Counted from the first letter of the stretch, positions 37,936 through 47,775 are shown. The stretch: DNA of 64,000 nucleotides from Myxococcota bacterium (GCA_965247115.1 CBDFGR010000003.1:1920001-1984000), one strand, 5' to 3'. Numbers and translations: made by a program. The notes: a model not told the origin generated them from the letters alone.

Positions 37936-38015
37936 GCTGCAGAGCGTAACGCGGGAACGGGGTCCCGTGCTAAGTGATCAGGCCACGAGAGACGAGCTAC
38001 GCCGGTGACCCGGGC

Positions 38016-38456
38016 TCAGGAATGGCGCGCGGACTCCCCCATCTCGACCCTTCCATTGATGCGAGCGCCCTCGTGGACCTTGAGCGTTGGAGTGCTCACG
38101 CTGCCCTCGATCGAGCCCGTCGGCCCCACCTCGACCCGCTCCTTTGCAGCGATCTCTCCCGTAACGGATCCGTGCACTACCAGCCTGCGCACCGAGAGCC
38201 TGGCGTTCACGCTTCCACTCTCGCCGATCACGAGCCCGTCCGCATCAACCTCTCCCCGGAACTCCCCATCCAGGCGGACGAGTCCTGTGAGCCGGATCGT
38301 TCCGTCGAAAGAGGTGCCGTTGTCCAGGAAGGATTGATACTCGGACTTCTTCACTGTCGGGCTGCCACCCGCGCTCTGCGAGTCCTGCTTCCTCCACACG
38401 GGAGGCCGGAACATATTCGTGAGCTTCTTGGTCGCCGTTGAAGTGGATCGCTCCAT
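38016..38456 (-). CDS. Bactofilin (polymer-forming cytoskeletal protein)
   Basis: GTSFDGTI...VRLDGEFRGEV...VIGESGSV...GARINGRVEM beta-helix repeats. Confidence 0.88.
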   Translation of the reverse strand: MERSTSTATKKLTNMFRPPVWRKQDSQSAGGSPTVKKSEYQSFLDNGTSFDGTIRLTGLVRLDGEFRGEVDADGLVIGESGSVNARLSVRRLVVHGSVTGEIAAKERVEVGPTGSIEGSVSTPTLKVHEGARINGRVEMGESARHS

Positions 38457-38654
38457 CTCTCTCTCCTTGCCCGTCGAGACAGGCGTCCGTGCCAGGGAGA
38501 AAAAGCATACACCCCATGTTTGCCGAGGGTCCAGCTGGCCGGCGCTGCGCCCCTGCAGATACGCAGGCTCCGGCGTAAGTGGCTACCCGAGCTGCAGGAA
38601 CTTCGGGCTGCGAAGGCTTGAACCGCCGGCTCGGTCCGCATTACTCTATGGGCC

Positions 38655-39704
38655 ATGCAACAGAACGGTCCCGGCGGGCTCACCAGCAGGCGCAAGTTCA
38701 TTCAGTACCTGGCCATGCTCGGCGTCGGCGGACAGACCCTGCTCAGATCTGGAAGCCTGAAGGCTGCAATCACTGAGGCCAGAGAGTCGGTGGGCGCGGG
38801 GCTGCCGTGGCCGGAGATGAGGTACCAGAAGCTCGGCCGGACCAACTACAGCGCGAGCCGCCTGGTCTTCGGCTGTGGCGCCGTCCTTTCCCGCGAGCCG
38901 AGAGACGAGCTGCTGAACATCGCACTGGAAGCCGGGGTCAACGTGTTCGACGTCGGTACCCGCCGCTACTACAACGAGGCGGAGACGCACCTCGCGCCGT
39001 TCTTGAAGCTGCACCGGGACAAGATCCTGCTGATCTCGAAGGCGATGGTGTACCTCGACGTGGGACCCAACGAGCCCATCTCACTCGCGCAGGCGAGGAC
39101 CGCCGCCAGGACCTGGCTCGAGCTGATGGACGGGAGCCTGCGGGACCTAGAGATCGACCACGTCGACGTCTACTACCAGATGGCAGCGAACAACCCGCAC
39201 ATCGTGGGTAGTGACGAGCTCTACGCAGCATTCCAGAAGGCGAAGCAGGCCGGGAAGGTCACCTATCTCGGTCTCAGCACACACGAGAACGCGCATGCCG
39301 TACTGGAGACCGCCATTCAGACTGGCTGGTACGACCTGGCGACGATCGCGATCACTCCAGCCGGCTGGTACGACTGGATGAACAAGAGCCTCCTCGAGGG
39401 CTCACCGGACATGGTGGGACTCCAGCCGCTGCTGGCGAGAGCTCGCCAGGCTGGCATGGGACTCATCGGGATGAAGGCCGGCCGCTACATCGCGGGTCGC
39501 AGATTCCTGGGCTGGGGGAACCCCTCTGCCTTCGACAAGTATTACTCCGAGGAGCTGCTCCGCTCCAACCTCTCGGCCTTCCAGCGGAGCTACGCCTACG
39601 TCCTGGAGCACGGCCTGGATGCCGTCAACGCGGACATGCAGAGCATCGCTCACCTCAGGGAGAACTTCGCCGCAGCAGCGACGTCGCGACAGTACTTCGC
39701 GTAG
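38655..39704 (+). CDS. Aldo/keto reductase with Tat signal
   Basis: SRRKFI Tat motif; MRYQKLGRT...SRLVFG; GVNVFD; SLRDL..DHVD; LGLSTH; GMK. Confidence 0.8.
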   Translation: MQQNGPGGLTSRRKFIQYLAMLGVGGQTLLRSGSLKAAITEARESVGAGLPWPEMRYQKLGRTNYSASRLVFGCGAVLSREPRDELLNIALEAGVNVFDVGTRRYYNEAETHLAPFLKLHRDKILLISKAMVYLDVGPNEPISLAQARTAARTWLELMDGSLRDLEIDHVDVYYQMAANNPHIVGSDELYAAFQKAKQAGKVTYLGLSTHENAHAVLETAIQTGWYDLATIAITPAGWYDWMNKSLLEGSPDMVGLQPLLARARQAGMGLIGMKAGRYIAGRRFLGWGNPSAFDKYYSEELLRSNLSAFQRSYAYVLEHGLDAVNADMQSIAHLRENFAAAATSRQYFA

Positions 39705-39744
39705 CGGACCGACTCGTGATGGCGCACCGCATCCTCCAGGCCAC

Positions 39745-40380
39745 TCAGTGCTTGAAGACGTCTCTCAGCCCGAACAGGTTGTTTCGCTCGATCCAGCGTG
39801 GAAGCAGCAGAAAGACGGCCACCGCGAGCCAGCCTCGGCCGACGAACAGGGGACCGGAGCTGGTGTAGAGAAAAGTGAGCGGGAGCATCCCGAAGAAGGT
39901 CGCGAGCACAAAACGCCAGAGCGACATCTTGGTGAGGCCCGCGCCGTAGCTGACGACGTCGAAGGATACTCCCGGGATCAGGCGCGAGACCAAGACCACG
40001 CGCGTGAGCAGCTTGTCCGAGCACTCGCGGCAGAAGCTGATGTGGCCGCCCGCGATTCTCTCGACGAGCTCGCGACCGAGCACCCGCGCAATCCCGAAGC
40101 TCACGATGGAGCCGATGAGTGCGCCGAGCGCGGCATAAAGCGTGCCGAGCCAGGGTCCGAAGGCCGCGCCTGCCGCAATGTCCAGGGGCAGGCTGGGAAT
40201 CGGGCTCACGACCACGGCGACGGCAAGCATCCCGATCAGGACCAGCGGAGCGAGCGCACCCGCTCTCGCCAGGAACTCCTCGATCGTGCTCGGGTCCAGG
40301 ATGCTGACGAGATCCAGACGGAGCGTCGCGTAGAGGACTCCGGCCAGGAGGACCAAGGCAATTCCGAGCTTCCACAGCAT
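39745..40380 (-). CDS. TVP38/TMEM64 (DedA/SNARE-associated) membrane protein
   Basis: AGAAFGPWLG, SRLIPGVSFDVVSYGAGLT, ATFFGMLP. Confidence 0.88.
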   Translation of the reverse strand: MLWKLGIALVLLAGVLYATLRLDLVSILDPSTIEEFLARAGALAPLVLIGMLAVAVVVSPIPSLPLDIAAGAAFGPWLGTLYAALGALIGSIVSFGIARVLGRELVERIAGGHISFCRECSDKLLTRVVLVSRLIPGVSFDVVSYGAGLTKMSLWRFVLATFFGMLPLTFLYTSSGPLFVGRGWLAVAVFLLLPRWIERNNLFGLRDVFKH

Positions 40381-40484
40381 GGCTTCTGTGAGCAGACTAG
40401 TGCAGCAGCCAGGGGAAAAGGAGGGGGCGCTCTGCTCTCTCCACGGTTTTCCAAGACTCGCCCCCGCGTTCTACCATGGAGTTG

Positions 40485-42218
40485 ATGGCCACACTTCCGG
40501 AGCTCGGCGAGCAGCACCTGTTGGTCTTCCTGCTTCAGGTGCTGATTCTGCTCGCGCTCGCGCGGGGACTCGGGGAGGTGTGTCGCGCGCTCGGCCATCC
40601 GCGACTGGTCGGAGAGATCCTGGTCGGCATCCTGCTGGGTCCGACCCTGCTCGGACGCGTCGCGCCGGCTCTGCAGCTGGCCCTCTTTCCTGACGACCCC
40701 CTGCAGCACGCGATGCTCGAGACTGTGTCGTGGGTGGGAGTGCTGTTCCTGCTGCTCGAGACCGGCCTCGAGGTCGACGCGTCGGCCGCCTGGCGTCTGC
40801 GCGGGCCGTCGCTGCGCATCGGGATCATTGGAGTCGTCGTACCCCTGTTCCTGGGCTTCACACTCTCGCTGGCGCTCCCCGCTCGCTACTTCCCAGTCGA
40901 AGATCAGCGCGTGGTGTTCGCCCTGTTCCTCGCCACGACCATGGCGATCAGCGCCATCGTGATCGTGACGAGGGTCCTTCGCGAGCTGGATCTGATCAAA
41001 ACCGATCTCGGACTGGTGACACTGTGTGGGTACGCGGTGAACGACGTCCTTGCGTGGGTGATCTTCAGCCTGGTTATCGCCGCGGCTACACACACCGGCG
41101 TGGACGCCGTGTCGATCGCAGGGCTGCTCATCGCCACCGTAGCGTTCACGGGCTTCTGCCTGACCCTTGGCGTGCGCGCCGCCGATCGGGCCATCTCGCT
41201 GCTAGGAGTCCGTCTGCAGCAGCCTGGTGCCGTGCTCACGTTCGTCGCATGCCTGGGTCTCCTGTGCGGTGCGATCACAGCGGGGCTCGGGCTCACCGCA
41301 CTGCTCGGCTTCTTTCTGGCCGGCATCATGGCGGGAGAAGCGCGCGCGCTCTCGGAGCGGGTACGGAACACCCTGACCCAGATGGTCCATGCCATCTTCG
41401 TGCCCCTGTACTTCGCGGCCATCGCCTTGCGGGTCGACTTCTTCGCGAACTTCGACCTCCTGCTCGTCACGTTCGTCACGTTCGTCTCGATCGGTGCCAA
41501 GTTCCTCGGTGCTTGGCTGGGGTCGTTCGGGACAGGGCTGTCACGCGAGGATCAAGTCTCGATCGGTATCGCGTTCACGCCTAGCGGCGTGACCGGGATC
41601 ATCGTTGGGTCTGTCGCACTGGAAGTCGGGATTCTCACCGTGCCGGCGTTCGTGGCGATCGTCTTCTCCGCCGTCGTCTCCTCTCTGGTTGTAGGACCGT
41701 GGCTGACGTGGTCGATCCGTCGCCGTCGCGAGATCAACATCCTCGACTTCTTCGCGCGGCGCGCGGTCTCCGCCGACCTGCAGGGCCAGACGCGCAACGA
41801 GGCGCTCCGTGAGCTCTCCGAACGCCTCGCCGTGGGACGACCGGACCTCGACAGCGAGATCGTGTTCGCAGAGGTGCTGGCTCGCGAGGAGCTCATGGGA
41901 ACCGGGCTCGGCAACGGGATCGCGATCGCGCACGCGCGTTTGCCGACCCTGGCAAGGCCCGTCCTCACCTTCGGGCGCTCGGTGGTCGGCCTCGATTGGG
42001 ATGCCCCGGATGGGCTCCCGGTGCACCACGTCTTCCTCCTGCTCACTCCCGTACGGGACCACGGCCTGCAACTACAGATTCTGGCAGCGCTGGCGCGCGG
42101 CATGGCGCAGGCCGAGCCGCTCGAACGGCTCGGCCGGGCCAGTGGGCCAGACGAGATCTGGGCGGTGCTCGAGGAGGCATTGACGGAGCAGGACCTGTCT
42201 CGCGTGCGAGCCGCGTAG
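40485..42218 (+). CDS. Cation:proton antiporter (CPA2) fused to a PTS EIIA domain
   Basis: VGEILVGILLGPT, LLETGLE, IFVPLYF; C-terminal REELMGTGLGNGIAIAHAR...DAPDG.PV; start 40476 or 40485. Confidence 0.9.
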   Translation: MATLPELGEQHLLVFLLQVLILLALARGLGEVCRALGHPRLVGEILVGILLGPTLLGRVAPALQLALFPDDPLQHAMLETVSWVGVLFLLLETGLEVDASAAWRLRGPSLRIGIIGVVVPLFLGFTLSLALPARYFPVEDQRVVFALFLATTMAISAIVIVTRVLRELDLIKTDLGLVTLCGYAVNDVLAWVIFSLVIAAATHTGVDAVSIAGLLIATVAFTGFCLTLGVRAADRAISLLGVRLQQPGAVLTFVACLGLLCGAITAGLGLTALLGFFLAGIMAGEARALSERVRNTLTQMVHAIFVPLYFAAIALRVDFFANFDLLLVTFVTFVSIGAKFLGAWLGSFGTGLSREDQVSIGIAFTPSGVTGIIVGSVALEVGILTVPAFVAIVFSAVVSSLVVGPWLTWSIRRRREINILDFFARRAVSADLQGQTRNEALRELSERLAVGRPDLDSEIVFAEVLAREELMGTGLGNGIAIAHARLPTLARPVLTFGRSVVGLDWDAPDGLPVHHVFLLLTPVRDHGLQLQILAALARGMAQAEPLERLGRASGPDEIWAVLEEALTEQDLSRVRAA

Positions 42219-42266
42219 TCGGCAGCCCGCTTCTCGCCTTGTGGTAGGTTTGCCGAGGAGATCGAT

Positions 42267-42585
42267 ATGTCGGTCAAGCTCTTTCGCGTCATCCTCCCGG
42301 TCTCGAGCGTCGACGAGGCAGCTCGCTTCTACGAGCGAGTCCTCGCCATAGGCGGCAGGCGCGTCTCGCCCGGGCGGCACTACTTCGACTGCGAGGGAAC
42401 CATCCTCGCATGCTTCGACCCTCGGTCGGACCATGATCCCTGGGATGCCAGTCCCAACCCCGACCACGTCTACTTCGCTGTCGACGACCTCGAAGCGGCC
42501 CTGGGGCGAACGCTCCTTCTACGCGCAGGACCCGTTCGGCAACAAGATCTGCTTCGTCGACCGCGAGACGATGTTCACAGGCTAG
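42267..42585 (+). pseudogene. VOC/glyoxalase family gene with internal deletion and frameshift
   Basis: N-part ...HVYFAVDDLEAA; C-part RPWGERSFYAQDPFGNKICFVD* in another frame from ~42496. Confidence 0.75.
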
Positions 42586-44075
42586 CGAGGCGCTGCCGCG
42601 AACATCTCCCGGTAGTGGCGATACCACTCGCTCTGGAAGCGCTCCTCGGGATCGTAGCTGTGCTTGAGGCGCAGAAACTCCGGCAGCTCGGGGTAGCAGG
42701 CGATCACCTGGTCGCGGCGGGCCCAGCGGTGGTAGGTCAGGAAGTAGCTGCCGCCGAACGCGATCCCGCGATCGATCAGGCGCAGGAAGTCCATCTGGGT
42801 CTTGCGAAGCGCGCTCCCGTCGGTCTGCGTGTGCAGGTTGAAGATCACGCAGGCCCAGCCCTGCTTCGCCCACGGAAGGAATGTGTCCCGGTCGGGCTCG
42901 ATGAGCCGGATGGTCCCGTAGATGAGGTTCACGTCGTGCTCGAGGAAGTCGGCGCGAACCGCTTCGAGGAAGGGGAAGATGGCGTCCCGCGGCACGTAGA
43001 TCTCGGTGATCATCTCGGCGCCCGTCGAGAGGTCGCCGAGCCGCGCAGCGAGCGCTGCGTGGTAGTCGTCGATGTAGGTCGAGAGCTGGTGGGTATCCGA
43101 CCAGTAGATCTGGCCGGAGGTCGAGAGGTAATAGGACGAGTACTCCTGGAAGGCGCGGGCGCGGTCGACGTGCCCGAGGCTGATCAGGTCCAGCCAGTCC
43201 TGTTCCGAGAGCTGACTGTGGCGCTCGGGTACGGGCGTGTCGTCTGGGGACGGCCGGTAGCACGAGAAGACGCCCTGGCGCAGCAGGCTCTCGCCGCCGA
43301 GGTCGGTGGAGTACTGGCAGTCGCCGAACAGGAAGCCCGCCTGGATGCGCTCCTCAAAGCGTCTGGCGAGGTCGGCCGTATCGACGATCTCGACCACACG
43401 CTCGATCTTGCGGCGCGGTGCCAGGCGCAGGCGCACACTCGCGATCGGACCGAACAGGCCGTAGCCGCCGATCGCGAGCGAGAAGAGCTCGGGGTTCTCA
43501 TGGCGGCTACAGCGACGGAGCTCGCCCTGGGCGTCCACCAGGCTGAAGGCTTCGACGTCCGCCACCAGCGGCGCGTAGCGCAGACCGCGGCCGTGCGCGT
43601 TCGCCGCCAGCGCTCCGCCCAGACACAGTCGGTCCGCGCCGGTCTGCTTCTGGATGATGCCCCAGGACCGGGTGGAGCCTGCCTGGACCCGTACCAGGTG
43701 ATCGATCAGCTCCGGCCACTGGATCCCGGCGCCCGTCTCGATCTGTCCCCGCTCCACGTCGAACTCGCTCACAGCGTCGAGACCGGTGGTGTCGAGCAGG
43801 ACCGTTTCGGTGCCAAACTGCTGTCCACCCATCGCGTGCCGGCCCCCTGCGATGCTGACGGGAGCGCCCTCGCGACGAGCGTCCCGAACCACGTCCTGGA
43901 GCTCCTCGACCGACCCAGGTCGCACGACACGTCTCACATGCGTGCGATTGAGGCGCGAGTGGATGTCGTTCACCCACGTTCCGTCCGACTCGCCTCTCGC
44001 ACACGCCGCCGGGAGCAGGGCGACCGCGGCGCCCGCCCTGGCACCCCGCTCCAATAGCTCGCGTCGCGTCAGCAT
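42582..44075 (-). CDS. Tat-exported FAD-binding oxidoreductase (FAD_binding_4; DprE1/ALO-like)
   Basis: MLTRRELL Tat signal; GGRHAMGGQ; LGGALAANAHGR; IGGYGLFG; GGSYFLTY; DPEERFQS. Confidence 0.85.
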   Translation of the reverse strand: MLTRRELLERGARAGAAVALLPAACARGESDGTWVNDIHSRLNRTHVRRVVRPGSVEELQDVVRDARREGAPVSIAGGRHAMGGQQFGTETVLLDTTGLDAVSEFDVERGQIETGAGIQWPELIDHLVRVQAGSTRSWGIIQKQTGADRLCLGGALAANAHGRGLRYAPLVADVEAFSLVDAQGELRRCSRHENPELFSLAIGGYGLFGPIASVRLRLAPRRKIERVVEIVDTADLARRFEERIQAGFLFGDCQYSTDLGGESLLRQGVFSCYRPSPDDTPVPERHSQLSEQDWLDLISLGHVDRARAFQEYSSYYLSTSGQIYWSDTHQLSTYIDDYHAALAARLGDLSTGAEMITEIYVPRDAIFPFLEAVRADFLEHDVNLIYGTIRLIEPDRDTFLPWAKQGWACVIFNLHTQTDGSALRKTQMDFLRLIDRGIAFGGSYFLTYHRWARRDQVIACYPELPEFLRLKHSYDPEERFQSEWYRHYREMFAAAPR

Positions 44076-44091
44076 GAGTCCTCCCTCCCGG

Positions 44092-44544
44092 TCACCCGGC
44101 CTGCGGCCGCCCGTGCGCGTGATAGCGCCCATACGCAAACAGATAGGCGGCCAGAACCCAGTGGAAGAAGATCGGGATCGTTCCCCCGAACCAACGCCGT
44201 TCCGGGTAGAGCGTCATCACGACGACGTAGCGGATGAGCATCACCGCGAAGTAGAGGACGCTCAACCAGCGGAGCCACACCCCCATGCGTGGACGCAGGG
44301 TCGCGAACCGCCCCCTGCCGCGCCAGAGGTCGCGCGAGATTCCCCACTGCACGCCGAGGATCGCCATTTGGGTCGGGAGCAGGATCGGATAGGGGATCAG
44401 GCCCGAGTACCACTCTTTGTTCGGGGGCAGGAACGTGGGCTCGAAGAGCACGACGATTAGCTGGCCGAGCACTCTCAGCAAGAACGCAGAGGCGAGTCCG
44501 GCGAGGAAAAGCGCATAGGATCGCCGCGGGGAGCCGACCGTCAC
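44092..44544 (-). CDS. Hypothetical membrane protein
   Basis: About four TM segments; WYSGLIPYP.LL, IPIFFHWVLA; start uncertain. Confidence 0.7.
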   Translation of the reverse strand: MTVGSPRRSYALFLAGLASAFLLRVLGQLIVVLFEPTFLPPNKEWYSGLIPYPILLPTQMAILGVQWGISRDLWRGRGRFATLRPRMGVWLRWLSVLYFAVMLIRYVVVMTLYPERRWFGGTIPIFFHWVLAAYLFAYGRYHAHGRPQAG

Positions 44545-44602
44545 GCTCTTGACTCTCGCACTTCGTTGACGCGCGGGAAACAGCGTGCGGTAATGCCCGC
44601 CC

Positions 44603-45496
44603 ATGTCGGTCATCGAGCAGCTGGGCTTCGGACCTGAGGAGCGGGTGGTGGTCGTCCATGTCGACGATATCGGTCTGTGCCGGGCTGCCAACGATGGCGC
44701 TCTGCTGGCGCTCGCCGGGGCCGCAACGTGCGGGAGCATCATGGTCCCTTGCCCGGGCTTCGAGGAGGTCTCGGAGATCGCACGCGAGCGTCCCGAGCTT
44801 GACCTGGGCGTGCACCTGACCCTCAATGCGGAGTACGAGAGCTATCGCTGGGCTCCGCTGCGTGACGACGTCCCAGGCCTGGTCTCGCCGGACGGGGGAA
44901 TGTGGCGCACGCTCCAGGAGACGACGGAGCACGCCACGCCCGAGGAAGTCGAACGCGAGCTCCGCGCGCAGATCGAGCGTGCGCTCGAGGCCGGCATCGA
45001 CGTGTCCCACCTGGACAGCCACATGGGAACCGTCATCCATCCGAAGTTCGTCGACGTCTACGTGAGGCTCGCGCGCGACTTCGAGCTCCCCGTCTTCATC
45101 CCGCGCATTGGTCGAGCAGCGCTGGAACGGATCGCCAGTCCGGAGCACGTACGGCTCTACCAGGACCTTCTACAAGAAGTGGAGCGCCAGGGCCTCCCCC
45201 TCTTCGACTCGTTCTGCGCGAATTCGCTCTCCTTCGAGCCGGGCACGGGACACGAGCACAACCGGAAGCGTCTGGAGACCCTCGACTCGGGCCTGAGCTA
45301 CCTGATCACGCACTGCGCGGTCGGCAACGACGAGCTACAGCAAATCACGCCTGACTGGCGACAGCGCGACGAGGAGCACCTCATCTACTCCGACGGCACG
45401 ATGGCGACGGAGCTCGAGGACAGTCAGATCCGCACGATTGGCATGCGTGCGTTGCGTGAGCTCATGCGAGCAGTCAAGCCCGCGGCTCGCAGATGA
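44603..45496 (+). CDS. YdjC/ChbG-family deacetylase
   Basis: VHVDDIG, SIMVPCP, LGVHLTL, ELRAQIE, SHLDSHMG. Confidence 0.88.
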   Translation: MSVIEQLGFGPEERVVVVHVDDIGLCRAANDGALLALAGAATCGSIMVPCPGFEEVSEIARERPELDLGVHLTLNAEYESYRWAPLRDDVPGLVSPDGGMWRTLQETTEHATPEEVERELRAQIERALEAGIDVSHLDSHMGTVIHPKFVDVYVRLARDFELPVFIPRIGRAALERIASPEHVRLYQDLLQEVERQGLPLFDSFCANSLSFEPGTGHEHNRKRLETLDSGLSYLITHCAVGNDELQQITPDWRQRDEEHLIYSDGTMATELEDSQIRTIGMRALRELMRAVKPAARR

Positions 45497-45926
45497 ACAC
45501 GGGAATGTCGCGCTCGGTGCGATCCTGATAGGTCTGGAAGTCCGGATAGGACTCCACGCAGCGCGGCCAGACCTCGGCCTTCTCTTCTGCGCGCGCCTGC
45601 CGAGCTCGGAGTGAGAGCTTCTCCGCACCTACCTGCACCTCGATGTCCGGATTCGCGACCAGGTTGTGGTACCAGACCGGGTGCGACGGGGCGCCGCCGA
45701 GCGATGCCACCAGGATCACCCCATCGCGATACGGCACGTGCATGAGAGGACGCGTAAGCGTACGACCGGACCTGGCGCCCCGCATGGTGACCAGGCAGAT
45801 GTCCCTCCCGCCGAGCCTTCCCATGATGCGCCCGCCAGACATGCGGTACAGAGCCACGTTGAGCCCGGAGAACAGCCGGATGAAGTTCTTTCCTGGCTGA
45901 CGCTCTCGAACCCCTTTCTCGCTCAT
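45474..45926 (-). CDS. Deazaflavin (F420)-dependent nitroreductase family (DUF385/Ddn)
   Basis: GARSGR..TRPL, VASLGGAPSHPVWYHNLVANP, YQDRTERDIPVF. Confidence 0.9.
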   Translation of the reverse strand: MSEKGVRERQPGKNFIRLFSGLNVALYRMSGGRIMGRLGGRDICLVTMRGARSGRTLTRPLMHVPYRDGVILVASLGGAPSHPVWYHNLVANPDIEVQVGAEKLSLRARQARAEEKAEVWPRCVESYPDFQTYQDRTERDIPVFICEPRA

Positions 45927-46066
45927 GTGACCTGCATCTCCCTAGTATACAGCCGCGCCAGGAGAGTCCTCAGCTTCCGGTCCTGTTGTGCCGATGAGTG
46001 GACAGGGCTCGGTTTCCGTGGCCTGTCTCGCCACAAGCCAGGGCCCCCAAGGGGTGCGGGGAAGTG

Positions 46067-46570
46067 ATGCCGGCAAGAGCGGGCCTGATCGGCGCGGGGG
46101 TCTGTCTGGTGTGCCTGATTGCCGGGCTGACGTTCGTCCTCTCCACCCGTGAGAGACGCTGCATGCCGCTGGATCTCGAGTTCGAGATTACGGCGAAAGA
46201 GAGCCCCAAGAGGAGCCGCCCATGGGACGTGGGTGGCAAGTCGTACTGGCCGCCAGACCCGATGGGACACGTGACTGTAGTTACGGACGGGAAGCGCTAC
46301 GTCGAGAGCATCGCGCAGCGGAAAAACACGTATGCGTTCCGCGGTCGCTTCTACGCAAAGCGGGGCGTGCCGTTGGTTCGAGGCAGCAAGATCGTGGTCG
46401 AGCTCCTCGACAAGGACCTGGGCAGTGCGGAAAGCATCGGGAAGATCTCTTATCAGGTTACGAGCTCCCGTGGGGGAAGCGCCACCTCGAGCAACGGAGC
46501 CGTTAAGATGGCCTACACGTGTCAATCCGACGGGAAGCTCTTCGGGCTCTTCTCCAAGAAGGGGCGCTGA
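46067..46570 (+). CDS. Hypothetical secreted/membrane-anchored protein (C2-like)
   Basis: N-terminal TM; PWD...PPDP...VELLDKDLGSAESIG. Confidence 0.6.
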   Translation: MPARAGLIGAGVCLVCLIAGLTFVLSTRERRCMPLDLEFEITAKESPKRSRPWDVGGKSYWPPDPMGHVTVVTDGKRYVESIAQRKNTYAFRGRFYAKRGVPLVRGSKIVVELLDKDLGSAESIGKISYQVTSSRGGSATSSNGAVKMAYTCQSDGKLFGLFSKKGR

Positions 46571-46606
46571 GCTCCAGCCGCCAGTCCTCCGGAGCCGGTC
46601 CCCCGC

Positions 46607-46810
46607 TCACGGGCCAGCGCACCGAAAGCTCCGCTCGTCGTCGACGTCGCCCCGGCCGCTGTACTCCGCGTAACTCGGGTGGGGGCAGAGGGGGCGCGTG
46701 AACCTGCGCGGCTGCTCGACGCGCTCGTCCGGCAGCAGGTGGAACATGGGCGTCGGCCCGGGGTGGCTCGCCACGATCCGATCCGGGGCGTCGCCCTCCT
46801 CGCGCCAGGC
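46607..46810 (-). pseudogene. 3' remnant of a tannase/feruloyl esterase gene
   Basis: AWREEGDAPDRIVAS...TRPLCPHPSYAEYSGRGDVDDERSFRC matches the tannase C-terminal pattern; no 5' part. Confidence 0.7.
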
Positions 46811-46857
46811 GTATCTTGCAGACCCGTCGGATCTCGAGCCTCGGCGCCCGCAGCCCC

Positions 46858-47775
46858 CTATGCTGCTTCTCCGTTGCCGGGGGGCATCGCCAGCTTGTCG
46901 TATACGAGCTTTGCAGCCGCGATGTCCTCGCAGGCGATGCCGACCGAGTCGAAGACGACCGTGGCCTCCGGCCCCACCGGTCGGCTGCCGTCGAGGACCT
47001 CGCCGAGCTCCGCATAGATCTCGGCGTTGAATCGGCACACGTTGCCAGATTCTGCCAGGGCCCCCTCGCGCGAGTCGACGATGACGATATGAGACATCGT
47101 TGTGGCATCGACCTCGCAGCCGTCTGCGCCTGCGAGACCGACGCTTGCGACTTTTGCGCCAGGGCTCAGCCACTTCCCTTGCAGCACTGGTTCGCTGGAG
47201 TGCGTCGCCACGACTACCACGTCCGCACCGCGCACCGCATCCTCACACGACACTACCTTCGCACCTACGGCCTCGGCGAGCTGCTCGGCTCGCGCCCGCG
47301 AACGATTCCAGATGCGGATCTCCTCGAAGTTCCGAACGTACGCCAGAGCCTCAATGTGACTCCTTCCCTGCGTGCCGGCTCCCAGAATTGCCAGGGTCTT
47401 CACATCGGGCGCGGCAACAGCCTCGACGTAGCTCGCGGTCACGGCCGCGGTCCGCATCTCGGTGATCAACCGTCCGTCCATCGTCACGAGGGGTTCGCCG
47501 GTCTCAGGGCGAAACAGGACGATCACACCATTGTGAGTATGCAGGTTCCTCTTCGTATTTCCCGGATAGATGGTGACGAGCTTGGCACCCGCGGCATTCG
47601 TACTGACTGCCGGCATGCTCATGAAGAGACCGCCGTGTGACCGAACCTCGAGAGTGCGCCTTAGCGGCTGCGTGATGCGCCCCTGCGAGTAATCGATCAT
47701 GGTCTGGCGCATCAGAGGGATCAGCTCCTCCATGCGAAGTACGCTGGCCACCGCCGCTTCATCGATGTAGCGCAT
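46858..47775 (-). CDS. Ornithine cyclodeaminase / mu-crystallin family protein
   Basis: GAKLVTIYPGN, ITEMRTAAVT, LGAGTQGRSH, FDSVGIACED. Confidence 0.9.
   Translation of the reverse strand: MRYIDEAAVASVLRMEELIPLMRQTMIDYSQGRITQPLRRTLEVRSHGGLFMSMPAVSTNAAGAKLVTIYPGNTKRNLHTHNGVIVLFRPETGEPLVTMDGRLITEMRTAAVTASYVEAVAAPDVKTLAILGAGTQGRSHIEALAYVRNFEEIRIWNRSRARAEQLAEAVGAKVVSCEDAVRGADVVVVATHSSEPVLQGKWLSPGAKVASVGLAGADGCEVDATTMSHIVIVDSREGALAESGNVCRFNAEIYAELGEVLDGSRPVGPEATVVFDSVGIACEDIAAAKLVYDKLAMPPGNGEAA

Noticed and set aside
42267..44057. 596-aa plus-strand ORF
   Set aside because: Frameshifted VOC start reading on antisense to the FAD oxidoreductase
45968..45998. Possible sigma28 promoter (TCAG...GCCGATGA) upstream of the 46067 gene
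   Set aside because: Weak -35 and off-consensus spacing; not enough support
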